64,000 nt of DNA, taken from NCBI RefSeq assembly GCF_006345805.1, contig NC_043013.1, forward strand, positions 40,362,001 through 40,426,000, in the 5' to 3' direction. This stretch comes from Octopus sinensis (taxonomy: Eukaryota). The translations under genes were made by a program, and so were the position numbers. A model generated the notes under the pieces. It saw nothing but the letters and a program-made list of their open reading frames with translations. It searched no databases and had not been told where the DNA came from. Shown here piece by piece: positions 23,901 to 35,897 of the stretch (position 1 is its first letter; the number at the start of each line of letters is the position of its first letter).

Positions 23901-26900
23901 TGTTGATGCAATGTGTGCAGTTGTGTCCGTGACAGGTGCTGTAATCATTTCTGGTGTGCCTGTTTGTGTGGTAGTTTCTGGAGTCTTTTCAGTCGATGTG
24001 AATGTGGTAGTTTCAGTTGTAGTTTTGTCAGTGCGTGGCAGTTCAGTGACAGTCGTATGTTCTGCAGTTGAGGAAGCAACAGTTGTTTGAGTTGGTGTAC
24101 TCACTGTGGGAGCAGAAATAGTTGTGGGCATAGATGTTTCTACTTCTTCGGCTAGAGTGGTTAGAGATGGTAGTTTTGTTGTCGCTGATAGAGGTTCTGC
24201 AGTGTGAGTTGTAATAATTTCTTCAGGTTGTGTTGTTGTTTCAGTAGTAGTTGTTAAAAGATGTGTTGTTGTAAGAAGCTGGGAAGTTGATTCCTCTGTT
24301 TCTATTTGAATTTGAGTTGTTGATGCAATGTGTGCTGTTGTGTACGTGACAGGTGCTGTAATCATTTCTGGTGTGCCTGTTTGTGTGGTAGTTTCTGGAG
24401 ACTTTTCAGTCGATGTGAATGTGGTAGCTTCAGTTGTAGTCTTGTCAGTGCGTGGCAGTTCAGTGAGAGTCGTATGTTCTGCAGTTGAGGAAGCAGTAGT
24501 TGTTTGCGTTGGTGTACTCACTGTGGGAGCAGAAATTGTTGTGTGCTTAGATGTTTCTACTTCTTCGGCTAGAGTTGTTAGAGATGGTAGTTTTGTTGTC
24601 GCTGTTAGAGGTTCTGCAGTGTGAGTTGTAATAATTTCTTCAATTTGTGTTGTTGTTTCAGTAGTAGGTGTTAAAAGATGTGTTGTAGGATGTTGGGAAG
24701 TTGATTCCTCTATTTCTGTTTGAATTTGAGTTGTTGATGCAATGTGTGCAGTTGTGTCCGTGACAGGTGCTGTAATCATTTCTGGTGTGACTGTTTGNNN
24801 NNNNNNNNNNNNNNNNNNNNNNNNNNNNNNNNNNNNNNNNNNNNNNNNNNNNNNNNNNNNNNNNNNNNNNNNNNNNNNNNNNNNNNNNNNNNNNNNNTCA
24901 TATATGGTGTGCCTGTTTGTGTGGTAGTTTCTGGAGTCTTTTCAGTCGATGTGAATGTGGTAGCTTCAGTTGTAGTTTTGTCAGTGCGTCGCAGTTCAGT
25001 GACAGTCGTATGTTCTGCAGTTGAGGAAGCAATAGTTGTTTGAGTTGGTGTACTCACTGTGTGATCAGAAATTGTTGTGGGCATAGATGTTTCTACTTCT
25101 TTGGCTAGAGTTGTTAGAGATGGTAGTTTTGTTGTCGCTGTTAGAGGTTCTGCAGTGTGAGTTGTAATAATTTCTTCAGGTTGTGTTGTTGTTTCAGTAG
25201 TAGGTGTTATAAGATGTGTTGTTGTAGGAAGTTGGGAAGTTGATTCCTCTATTTCTGTTTGAATTTGAGTTGTTGATGCAATGTGTGCAGTTGTGTCCGT
25301 GACAGGTGCTGTAATCATTTCTGGTGTGCCTGTTTGTTTGGTTGTTTCTGGAGTCTTTTCAGTCGATGTGAATGTGGTAGCTTCAGTTGTAATTTTGTCA
25401 GTGCGTGGCAGTTCAGTGACAGTCGTATGTTCTGCAGTTGAGGAAGCAATAGTTGTTTGAGTTGGTGTACTCATTGTAGGAGCAGAAAATGTGGTGGGCA
25501 TAGATGTTTCTACTTCTTTGGCTAGAGTTGTTAAAGATGGTAGTTTTGTTGTCGCTGTTAGAGGTTCTGCAGTGTGAGTTGTAATAATTTCTTCAGGTTG
25601 TGTTGTTGTTTCAGTAGTAGGTGTTATAAAATGTGTTGATGTAGGAAGTTGGGAAATTGTCTTCTCGGTTTCTGTTTCAATTTGTGTTGTTGATGCAATG
25701 TGTGCAGTTGTGTCCGTGACAGGTGCTGTAATCATTTCTGGTGTGCCTGTTTGTGTGGTAGTTTCTGGAGTCTTTTCAGTCGATGTGAATGTGGTAGCTT
25801 CAGTTGTAGTTTTGTCAGTGCGTGGCAGTTCAGTGACAGTCGTATGTTCTGCAGTTGAGGAAGCAATAGTTGTTTGAGTTGGTGTACTCATTGTAGGAGC
25901 AGAAATTGTGGTGGGCATAGATGTTTGTACTTCTTCGGCTAGAGTTGTTAGAGATGGTAGTTTTGTTGTCGCTGTTAGAGGTTCTGCAGTGTGAGTTGTA
26001 ATAATTTCTTCAATTTGTGTTGTTGTTTCAGTAGTAGGTGTTAAAAGATGTGTTGTTGTAGGAAGTTGGGAAGTTGATTCCTCTGTTTCTGTTTGAATTT
26101 GAGTTGTTGATGCAATGTGTGCAGTTGTGTCCGTGACAGGTGCTGTAATCATTTCTGGTGTGCCTGTTTGTGTGGTTGTTTCTGGAGTCTTTTCAGTCGA
26201 TGTGAATGTGGTAGCTTCAGTTGTAGTTTTGTCAGTGCGTGGCAGTTCAGTGACAGTCGTATGTTCTGCAGTTGAGGAAGCAATAGTTGTTTGAGTTGGT
26301 GTACTCATTGTAGGAGCAGAAATTGTGGTGGGCATAGATGTTTCTACTTCTTCGGCTAGAGTTGTTAGAGATGGTAGTTTTGTTGTCGCTGTTAGAGGTT
26401 CTGCAGTGTGAGTTGTAATAATTTCTTCAGGTTGTGTTGTTGTTTCAGTAGTAGGTGTTATAAGATGTGTTGTTGTAGGAAGTTGGGAAGTTGTCTTCTC
26501 GGTTTCTGTTTGAATTTGAGTTGTTGATGCAATGTGTGCAGTTGTGTCCGTGACAGGTGCTGTAATCATTTCTGGTGTGCCTGTTTGTGTGGTTGTTTCT
26601 GGAGTCTTTTCAGTCGATGTGAATGTGGTAGCTTCAGTTGTAGTTTTGTCAGTGCGTGGCAGTTCAGTGACAGTCGTATGTTCTGCAGTTGAGGAAGCAA
26701 TAGTTGTTTGAGTTGGTGTACTCACTGTGGGAGCAGAAATTGTGGTGGGCATAGATGTTTCTACTTCTTCGGCTAGAGTTGTTAGAGATGGTAGTTTTGT
26801 TGTCGCTGTTAGAGGTTCTGCAGTGTGAGTTGTAATAATTTCTTCAGGTTGTGTTGTTGTTTCAGTAGTAGGTGTTAAAAGATGTGTTGTTGTAGGAAGT

Positions 26901-29900
26901 TGGGAAGTTGATTCCTCTGTTTCTGTTTGAATTTGAGTTGTTGATGCAATGTGTGCAGTTGTGTCCGTGACAGGTGCTGTAATCATTTCTGGTGTGCCTG
27001 TTTGTGTGGTTGTTTCTGGAGTCTTTTCAGTCGATGTGAATGTGGTAGCTTCAGTTGTAGTTTTGTCAGTGCGTGGCAGTTCAGTGACAGTCGTATGTTC
27101 TGCAGTTGAGGAAGCAATAGTTGTTTGAGTTGGTGTACTCATTGTAGGAGCAGAAATTGTGGTGGGCATAGATGTTTCTACTTCTTCGGCTAGAGTTGTT
27201 AGAGATGGTAGTTTTGTTGTCGCTGTTAGAGGTTCTGCAGTGTGAGTTGTAATAATTTCTTCAGGTTGTGTTGTTGTTTCAGTAGTAGGTGTTATGAAAT
27301 GTGTTGTTGTAGGAAGTTGGGAAGTTGTCTTCTTGTTTCTGTTTGAATTTGAGTTGTTGATGCAATGTGTGCAGTTGTGTCCGTGACAGGTGCTGTAATC
27401 ATTTCTGGTGTGCCTGTTTGTGTGGTTGTTTCTGGAGTCTTTTCAGTCGATGTGAATGTGGTAGCTTCAGTTGTAGTTTTGTCAGTGCGTGGCAGTTCAG
27501 TGACAGTCGTATGTTCTGCAGTTGAGGAAGCAATAGTTGTTTGAGTTGGTGTACTCACTGTGGGAGCAGAAATTGAGGTGGGCATAGATGTTTCTACTTC
27601 TTCGGATAGAGTTGTTAGAGATGGTAGTTTTGTTGTCGCTGTTAGAGGTTCTGCAGTGTGAGTTGTAATAATTTCTTCAGGTTGTGTTGTTGTTTCAGTA
27701 GTAGGTGTTATAAGATGTGTTGTTGTAGGAAGTTGGGTTGTTGTTTCTCTGTTCTTTTTGAATTTGAGTTGTTGATGCAATGTGTGCAGTTGTGTCCGTG
27801 ACAGGTGCTGTAATCATTTCTGGTGTGCCTGTTTGTGTGGTTGTTTCTGGAGTCTTTTCAGTCGATGTGAATGTGGTAGCTTCAGTTGTAGTTTTGTCAG
27901 TGCGTGGCAGTTCAGTGACAGTCGTATGTTCTGCAGTTGAGGAAGCAATAGTTGTTTGAGTTGGTGTACTCATTGTAGGAGCAGAAATTGTGGTGGGCAT
28001 AGATGTTTCTACTTCTTCGGCTAGAGTTGTTAAAGATAGTAGTTTTGTTGTCGCTGTTAGAGGTTCTGCAGTGTGAGTTGTAATAATTTCTTTAGTTGTG
28101 TTGTTGTTTTTCAGTAGTAGGTGTTAAAAGATGTTTTGTTGTAGGAAGTTGGGAAGTTGTCTTCTCGGTTTCTGTTTGAATTTGTGTTGTTGATGCATGT
28201 GTGCAGTTGTGTCCGTGACAGGTGCTGTAATCATTTCTGGTGTGCCTGTTTGTGTGGTTGTTCCTGGAGTCTTTTCGGTGGATGTGAATGTGGTAGCTTC
28301 AGTTGTAGTTTTGTCAGTGCGTGGCATTTCAGTGACAGTCGTATGTTCTGCAGTTGAGGAAGCAATAGTTGTTGAGTTGGTTGGTGTACTCTGGGGAGCA
28401 GAAATTGTTGTGGGCATAGATGTTTCTACTTCTTCGGCTAGAGTTGTTAGAGATGGTAGTTTTGTTGTCGTTATCTGTTAGGGGTTTGCAGTGTGGAGTT
28501 TTAGGATTTCTTCAGGTTGTGTTGTTTTTTCAGTAGTAGGTGTTATAAGATGTGTTGTTGTAGGAAGTTGGGTACTTGTTTTTCTTTTCTTTTTGAATTG
28601 TGTGTTGATGCAATGTTTGCAGTTGTGTCCGTGACAGGTGCTGTAATCATTTCTGTGTGCCCTGTTTGTTGGGTTGTTTCTGGAGTCTTTTCAGTCGATG
28701 TGAATGTGGTAGCTTCAGTTGTAATTTTGTCAGTGCGTGGCAAGTTCAGTGACAGTCGTATGTTCTGCAGTTGAGGAAGCAATAGTGTTTGAGTTGGTGT
28801 AACTCATTGTAGGAGCAGAAAATGTGGTGGGCATAGATTTCTACTTCTTGGCTAGAGTTGTTAAAGATGGTAGTTTTGTTGTCGCTGTTAGAGGTTCTGC
28901 AGTGTGAGTTGTAATAATTTCTTCAGGTTGTGTTGTTGTTTCAGTAGTAGGTGTTATAAAATGTGTTGATGTAGGAAGTTGGGAAATTGTCTTCTCGGTT
29001 TCTGTTTCAATTTGTGTTGTTGATGCAATGTGTGCAGTTGTGTCCGTGACAGGTGCTGTAATCATTTCTGGTGTGCCTGTTTGTGTGGTAGTTTCTGGAG
29101 TCTTTTCAGTCGATTTGAATGTGGTAGCTTCAGTTGTAGTTTTGTCAATGCGTGGCAGTTCAGTGACAGTCGTATGTTCTGCAGTTGAGGAAGCAATAGT
29201 TGTTTGAGTCGGTGTACTCATTGTAGGAGCAGAAATTGTGGTGGGCATAGATGTTTGTACTTCTTCGGCTAGAGTTGTTAGAGATGGTAGTTTTGTTGTC
29301 GCTGTTAGAGGTTCTGCAGTGTGAGTTGTAATAATTTCCTCCATTTGTGTTGTTGTTTCAGTAGTAGGTGTTAAAAGATGTGTTGTTGTAGGAAGTTGGA
29401 TGTGCCTCCTGTTTCTGTTTGAATTGAGTTGTTGATGATGCAATGTGTGCAGTGTGTCCGTGACAGGTGTTGTAATCATTTCTGGTGTGCCTGTTTGTGT
29501 GGTTGTTTCTGGAGTCTTTTCAGTCGATGTGAATGTGGTAGCTTGAGTTGTAGTTTTGTCAGTGCGTGGCATTTCAGTGACAGTCGTTTGTTCTGCAGTT
29601 GAGGAAGCAATAGTTGTTTGTGTGGGTGTACTCAATTTGGGTGCAGAAATTGTGGTGGGCATAGATGTTTCTACTTCTTCGGCTAGAGTTGTTAGAGATG
29701 GTAGTTTTGTTGTCGCTGTTAGAGTTTCTGCAGTGGGAGTTGTAATAATTTCTTCAGGTTGCGTTGTTGTTTCAGTAGTAGGTGTTATAAGATGTGTTGT
29801 TGTAGGAAGTTGGGAAGTTGTCTTCTCGGTTTCTGTTTGAATTTGTGTTGTTGATGCAATGTGTGCAGTTGTGTCCGTGACAGGTGCTGTAATCATTTTT

Positions 29901-32900
29901 GGTGTGCCTGTTCGTGTGGTTGTTTCTGGAGTCTTTTCAGTCGATGTGAATGTGGTAGCTTCAGTTGTAGTTTTGTGAGAGTGTGGCAGTTCAGTGACAG
30001 TCGTATGTTCTGCAGTTGAGGAAGCAATAGTTGTTTCAGTTCGTGTACTCACTGTGGGAACAGAAATTGTGGTGGGCATAGATGTTTGTACTTCTTCGGC
30101 TAGAGTTGTTAGAGATGGTAGTTTTGTTGTCGCTGTTAGAGGTTCTGCAGTGTGAGTTGTAATGATTTCTTTAGGTTGTGTTGTTGTTTCAGTAGTAGGT
30201 GTTAAAAGATATGTTGTTGTAGGAAGTTGGGAAGTTGTCTTCTTTGTTTCTTTTTGAATTTGTGTTGTTGATGCAATGTGTGCAGTTGTGTCCGTGACAG
30301 GTGCTGTAATCATTTCTGGTGTGTCTGTTTGTGTGGTTGTTTCTGGAGTCTTTTCAGTCGATGTGAATGTGGTAGATTCTGTTGTAGTTTTGTGAGTGCG
30401 TGGCAGTTCAGTGACAGTCGTATGTTCTGCAGTTGAGGAAGCAATAGTTGTTGGAGTTGGTGTACTCTCTGTGGGAGCAGAAATTGTGGTGGGCATAGAT
30501 GTTTCTACTTCTTCAGCTAGTGTTGTTAGAGATGGTAGTTTTGTTGTCGCTGTTAGAGGTTCTGCAGTGTGAGTTGTAAGAATTTCTTCGGGTTGTGTTG
30601 TTGTTTCAGTAGTAGGTGTTATAAAATGTGTTGTTGTATGAAGTTGGGAAGTTGTCTTATCTGTTTCTTTTTGAATTTGCGTTGTTGATGCGATGTGGGC
30701 AGTTGTGTCCGCGACAGGTGCTGTAATCATTTCTGGTGTGCCTGTCTGTGTGGTTGTTTCTGGAGTCTTTACAGTCGATGTGAATGTGGTAGCTTCAGTT
30801 GTAGTTTTGTCAGTGCGTGGCAGTTCAGTGACAGTCGTATGTTCTGAAGTTGAGGAAGCAATAGTAGTTTGAGTTGGTGTACTCACTGTGGGAGCAGAAA
30901 TTGTGGTGCGCATAGATGTTTCTACTTCTTCGCATAGTGTTGTTAGGGATGGTAGTTTTGTTGTCGCTGTTATGGCTTCTTCAGTGTGAGTTGTAATAAT
31001 TTCTTCAGGTTGTGTTGTTGTTTCAGTCGTAGGTGTTATAAGATGTGTTGTTGTAGGAAGTTGGGTTGTTGTTTTCTCTGTTTCTTTTTGAATTTGAGTT
31101 GTTGATGCAATGTGTGCAGTTGTGTCCGTGACAGGTGCTGTAATCATTTCTGGTGTGCCTGTTTGTGTGGTTGTTCCTGGAGTCTTTTCGGTGGATGTGA
31201 ATGTGGTAGCTTCAGTTGTAGTTTTGTCAGTGCGTGGCATTTCAGTGACAGTCGTTTGTTCTGCAGTTGAGGAAGCAATAGTTGTTTGTGTTGGTGTACT
31301 CACTGTGGGAGCAGAAATTGTGGTGGGCATAGATGTTTGTACTTCTTCGGCTAGAGTTGTTAGAGATGGTAGTTTTGTTGTCGCTGTTAGAGGTTCTGCA
31401 GTGTGAGTTGTAATGATTTCTTTAGGTTGTGTTGTTGTTTCAGTAGTAGGTGTTAAAAGATGTTTTGTTGTAGGAAGTTGGGAAGTTGTCTTCTCGGTTT
31501 CTGTTTGAATTTGTGTTGTTGATGCAATGTGTGCAGTTGTGTCCGTGACAGGTGCTGTAATCATTTCTGGTGTGCCTGTTTGTGTGGTTGTTCCTGGAGT
31601 CTTTTCGGTGGATGTGAATGTGGTAGCTTCAGTTGTAGTTTTGTCAGTGCGTGGCATTTCAGTGACAGTCGTATGTTCTGCAGTTGAGGAAGCAATAGTT
31701 GTTTGAGTTGGTGTACTCACTGTGGGAGCAGAAATTGTTGTGGGCATAGATGTTTCTACTTCTTCGGCTAGTGTTGTTAGGGATGGTAGTTTTGTTGTCG
31801 CTGTTATGGGTTCTGCAGTGTGAGTTTTAAGAATTTCTTCAGGTTGTGTTGTTTTTTCAGTAGTAGGTGTTATAAGATGTGTTGTTGTAGGAAGTTGGGT
31901 ACTTGTCTTTTCTTTTTCTTTTTGAATTCGTGTTGTTGATGCAATGTTTGCAGTTGTGTCCGTGACAGGTGCTGTAATCATTTCTGGTGTGCCTGTTTGT
32001 GTGGTTGTTTCTGGAGTCCTTTCAATCGATGTGAATGTGGTAGCTTCAGTTGTAGTTTTGTCAGTGCGTGGCAGTTCAGTGACAGTCGTATGTTCTGCAG
32101 TTGAGGAAGCAATAGTTGTTTGAGTTGGTGTACTTACTTTGGGAGCAGAAATTGTGGTGGGCATAGATGTTTCTACTTCTTCGGCTAGAGTTGTTAGAGA
32201 TGGTAGTTTTGTTGTCACTGTTAGAGGTTCTGCAGTGTGAGTTGTAATAATAAATTCAGGTTGTGTTGTTGTTTCAGTAGTAGGTGTTAAAAGATGTGTT
32301 GGAAGTTGGGAAGTTGTCTTCTCGGTTTCTGTTTGAATTTGTGTTGTTGATGCAATGTGTGCAGTTGTGTCCGTGACAGGTGCTGTAATCATTTCTGGTG
32401 TGCCTGTTTGTGTGGTTGTTTCTGGAGTCTTTACAGTCGATGTGAATGTGGTAGCTTGAGTTGTAGTTTTGTGAGTGCGTGGCAGTTCAGTGACAGTCGT
32501 ATGTTCTGCAGTTGAGGAAGCAATAGTTGTTTGTGTTGGTATACTCAATGTGGGAGCAGAAATTGTGGTGGGCATAGATGTTTCTAGTGTTTTTATAGTG
32601 GGTGCTTTAGTTGTATACTGATTGCTAGTTTGAGTTGTGAGTGGTATTTTAGTCACATTGATGTGTTCTGTTGTCGATGAAGTAGTAGTCATGTTTTTTT
32701 TTGTGTGCATTTTGGTAGTGGTAAGTGTGGTTTGCATAGATGTTTGAACATATTCAGGTAGAGTTGAGAGCGTTGTTTTTTCAGCAGTTGTGTTGTTCGG
32801 CCATGGAATCTGAGGTGTTTGAACCTCTGTGAGTTGCGTTGTGCTTTCAACAGTAGATGTGTGAATGTGTGCTGTGTGAGGAAGTTTAGCAGTAGTTTCG

Positions 32901-34395
32901 TCAGTTTGTGTTTGAATGTGACTCATGGAAGTAATCTGTGTTGTATCTGTGATAGGTTGTGAAAGCAGTTTTGGTGTGCTTGATGGCGTAGTATTTTCTG
33001 GAGTCTTTTCTATTGATGAATGAGTTCTATACTTAGTCATAATTTGATCGGTGAGTGGTATTTCAGTGGCAGAAGTGTGATCTGTTGTTGATGAAGCAAT
33101 TGTTGTTTGAGTTACTACGTGTAGTTTGCTAGCAGTATCTGTGATTGGCATGGACGTTTGTACAACTTTAGCTAGAGTTGTTTGTTTGGTAGGTGTGGTG
33201 AGAAGTGGTGTAATCACTGTTGTTAGAATATCTCTGAGTTGTGTTGTATGTTCACCAATAGATGTGTGAACGTGTGTTATTTGAGGATGTTGGGAAGTTG
33301 ATTTCATAGTTTCTGTTTGAATTTGGCTTGTTGACGGAATGTGTGTTGTTGTGACTGTGATAGGTTTTGTAAGCAATTCTGGTGTGCTTCGTGGTGGAGT
33401 CATTATGAGAGTCTTTTCAGTTGATGCCTGAGTTGTATATTGCTGTTCACTTATAATGTTAGTGGGTGCTGTTTTGACATGATATTTATGAATTTGTGTG
33501 TATTCAGGTATTTTTTCTGTTTTATGTATATATTCTTGTGTAATTCCTTTTGTCGTTTGTCTTTTCATGTCATCTTGCTCTGTAATTCCTTGTATTTCTA
33601 TACTAGTGTGTGCTGTGTTTTGTAAAGATCCCTGTGTACTTACATTTTCTTTTGTGATATTAACATGCTCTTGAGTATGTGTTGTTATATTATTATATGA
33701 AATGGGTTTTTCTGTTATTGTTGTTATGTTCCTATGCACTATGGTAGTGTTTGGAGTGTTAAACTCTTTTATTTTTGTTATTTGGTTTGGGTGTGTCATT
33801 ACTGTGCTTGTGAATGATGTAAGGTGATCAACCATTTTGGTATCTGTTTCATTTTGTAATGTCTTATTCCAGTTTTTGTTGTATATCAATTCAGTTGTTT
33901 TATTCTGAAGTTGTGTTAATGTAGATTCTGTTGTATTCTCCTTGTGTTCCTTTGGTGTTGAATATGTTGTTACATTGTGTGTTAATTTTGTTTGTTGCAA
34001 GTTTGTATTTGTGTCTGTTAATACTGCGGTTGTGGTTTGTTTCATGGGTGTCTTTGTTATTTTATGTGTAGTTGTTATAAGTGTCATTACTGGTGTTGTA
34101 GTAAGTCTTTTAGAAGTTGTCATTGAAGGTGTAGCTTTCGATAGTGGTTTCTTTGTCACTGTTTGTTTAACCATTGGGAATGTTATGCTTGGCGTCAATG
34201 TTGTCAGGGTTTGTGTTTTGTCATCGTCACTTTTACCCCTGTGTTCCCTATTTTCAAATGTTAATGTAATTTCAGGTATTTGAGATGCTGTTGTAATTTC
34301 AGTTATTTTTTTTGATGAAAGTTGATAAAATATCTGTGATGTTACCTCAGGTATCCTTGCTGTAGTTGGTGCATATGCTGGGGTTGTCATCTTCT
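1..34395 (-). CDS. Giant PTS (Thr-rich) mucin-domain exon of a VWA-mucin gene; 3' end lies outside the window
   Basis: Minus-strand acceptor ttaatttttcttcag|AGAAGATGACAACC at 34396/34395. Long ORFs (1849, 797, 802, 2440, 931, 934 aa) all encode the same Thr/Ser/Pro/Glu repeats. Breaks between them are small indels inside repeat units or the N gap, with no intron-like sequence. Confidence 0.85.
16381..16632 (-). repeat. Perfect 18-bp minisatellite x14 encoding (TTTRRP)14
   Basis: Plus-strand unit tgttggtcgtcttgtggt repeated 14 times without mismatch, in frame within the 2440-aa ORF. Confidence 0.97.
17200..32585 (-). repeat. Coding tandem array A: 417-bp / 139-aa unit, ~36 copies (true number unknown because of the gap)
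   Basis: MPTTISAPT starts are 417 bp apart (27169, 26752). Unit: MPTTISAPTVSTPTQTTIASSTAEHTTVTELPRTDK...LAEEVETS. The last three units (17.2-18.3 kb) are diverged. Confidence 0.95.
24798..24897. other. Assembly gap (100 N placeholder) inside array A
   Basis: Run of exactly 100 N. Confidence 0.99.
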
Positions 34396-35149
34396 CTGAA
34401 GAAAAATTAAGATGTATATTAATGTATTTTCATATAATAATTTTTGCTTGAAGGAAGTTGCTAGAAGGAATGTCTTGCACTATTTAGTTTTACACATGTA
34501 AACTCTGACTTCAACTCTTTATTAAATTTAAACCAATATTACACAAGGACTGATTGAAGTAATTATATCCAATTTCCCTACAATACCAGGATTTATGATT
34601 AGCCTAACAAAATACATATGCATTTTTGTCAATTGAGAAACGTTTTTATTTAATTGACATTTTTCTAATGCAGATTTTTTAAAATTTCTAAATTTTATAA
34701 TTAGTCTGAAGATAAAGTACTTTTAGACTAAAGAATAAGAACAGCTGAATATATGTAAGTTTTTACTTTTTTAAGTTGATGGGGAAATATATGTAAAATC
34801 GAACTTTAACATTTTCTGAGAAGTATTGATTGGTTAAGTTTGTGTGATGCAGTAAAATTGACAATTTCTAGCTATGTAAAAGCAAATTTTATGGGAAGGA
34901 TATACAGACAGTTGATCTGCTCTGATATATTATTTATTTTATTAGCAGGTTAGAATTAAGCTTAAGCTTGCACAAAATTTCAAATGAAAACAGTGTAGTG
35001 TCAAACTAGATATAGTAAAGCAGTCATTCAAGCATTCTTCTCCATGGACCACTCATTATGTCCTCTTGTTTCTTATATAAAGATATTTAAAACTAAACCA
35101 AAATTTCTTCTTTTATCTTTGTAACAAACTTTAATCATTTTTAAAAATC

Positions 35150-35320
35150 ATTCATCATCATTATATGTCTGCTTTTCATGGTGACATGAATTGAACAAGT
35201 TGTCATGATCTAAATTTACAAAGTCATTTGGTTTGGTTTCTATGACTGGATGTCCTTCCTAATGTCAACCATGTTACATAGTGTTCTGGGTGCATTTTCT
35301 CATGGTAGAAACATTAAGTG
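35150..35320 (-). mobile_element. RTE-LINE 3' tail / RTE-related SINE fragment
   Basis: Reverse complement resembles the tails at 38880-39050 and 48780-48930 (ggatgtccttcctaatgtcaacc; catcatcat tail). Confidence 0.55.
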
Positions 35321-35808
35321 GGTTGAATAATCCTGAGTGAGACAATGCTATTATACTACACTATCTCTGCTCATTTAGTCAATAACTTTGCAGTGTGAAC
35401 AATAAGTGGGGGATGCCATGTTCACAGTGAATGTAAATTTGGAAAGGAACAGTGTTGGCAGAAGGGTCAGAAATAGTTATTTACGAGGTGGGAATAGGGG
35501 AGTAAATATAAGTATAGGAAGTCTTCAATAAATTAAGGGGTGTACATTTTCACATGTGACTGAGGAAAAGAGTTGGAGAGAAACAACAATGACATCAAAA
35601 TGAGAAAGGTAGAATGGATGATAAGATGGGCAAGAGTATATGAGGAATGGCAGAAGAGATGATTCAGAGGAGAGAAAGAGAGTGCTGGCTGGCAGGACAA
35701 GTCTGTGAAGTTAGAGTGTATTAGATGACCTAATGGAGTCTCATCCAATGACAAAGAAGCTTATGAATTAAATACTAAAAAATGTGACCTATTTCCCCTT
35801 CACTTTGC

Positions 35809-35897
<89 letters not shown>
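35809..35897. repeat. (TA)n microsatellite
   Basis: Near-perfect TA dinucleotide run. Confidence 0.95.

Noticed and set aside
239-31406. Dozens of plus-strand Cys/Val-rich ORFs (MCSVVAEGIVVCGAVC..., MCCAFNSWCVNVCC...)
   Set aside because: Antisense shadows of the ACN-rich mucin codons. They recur with the repeat period and mostly start at GTG/TTG.
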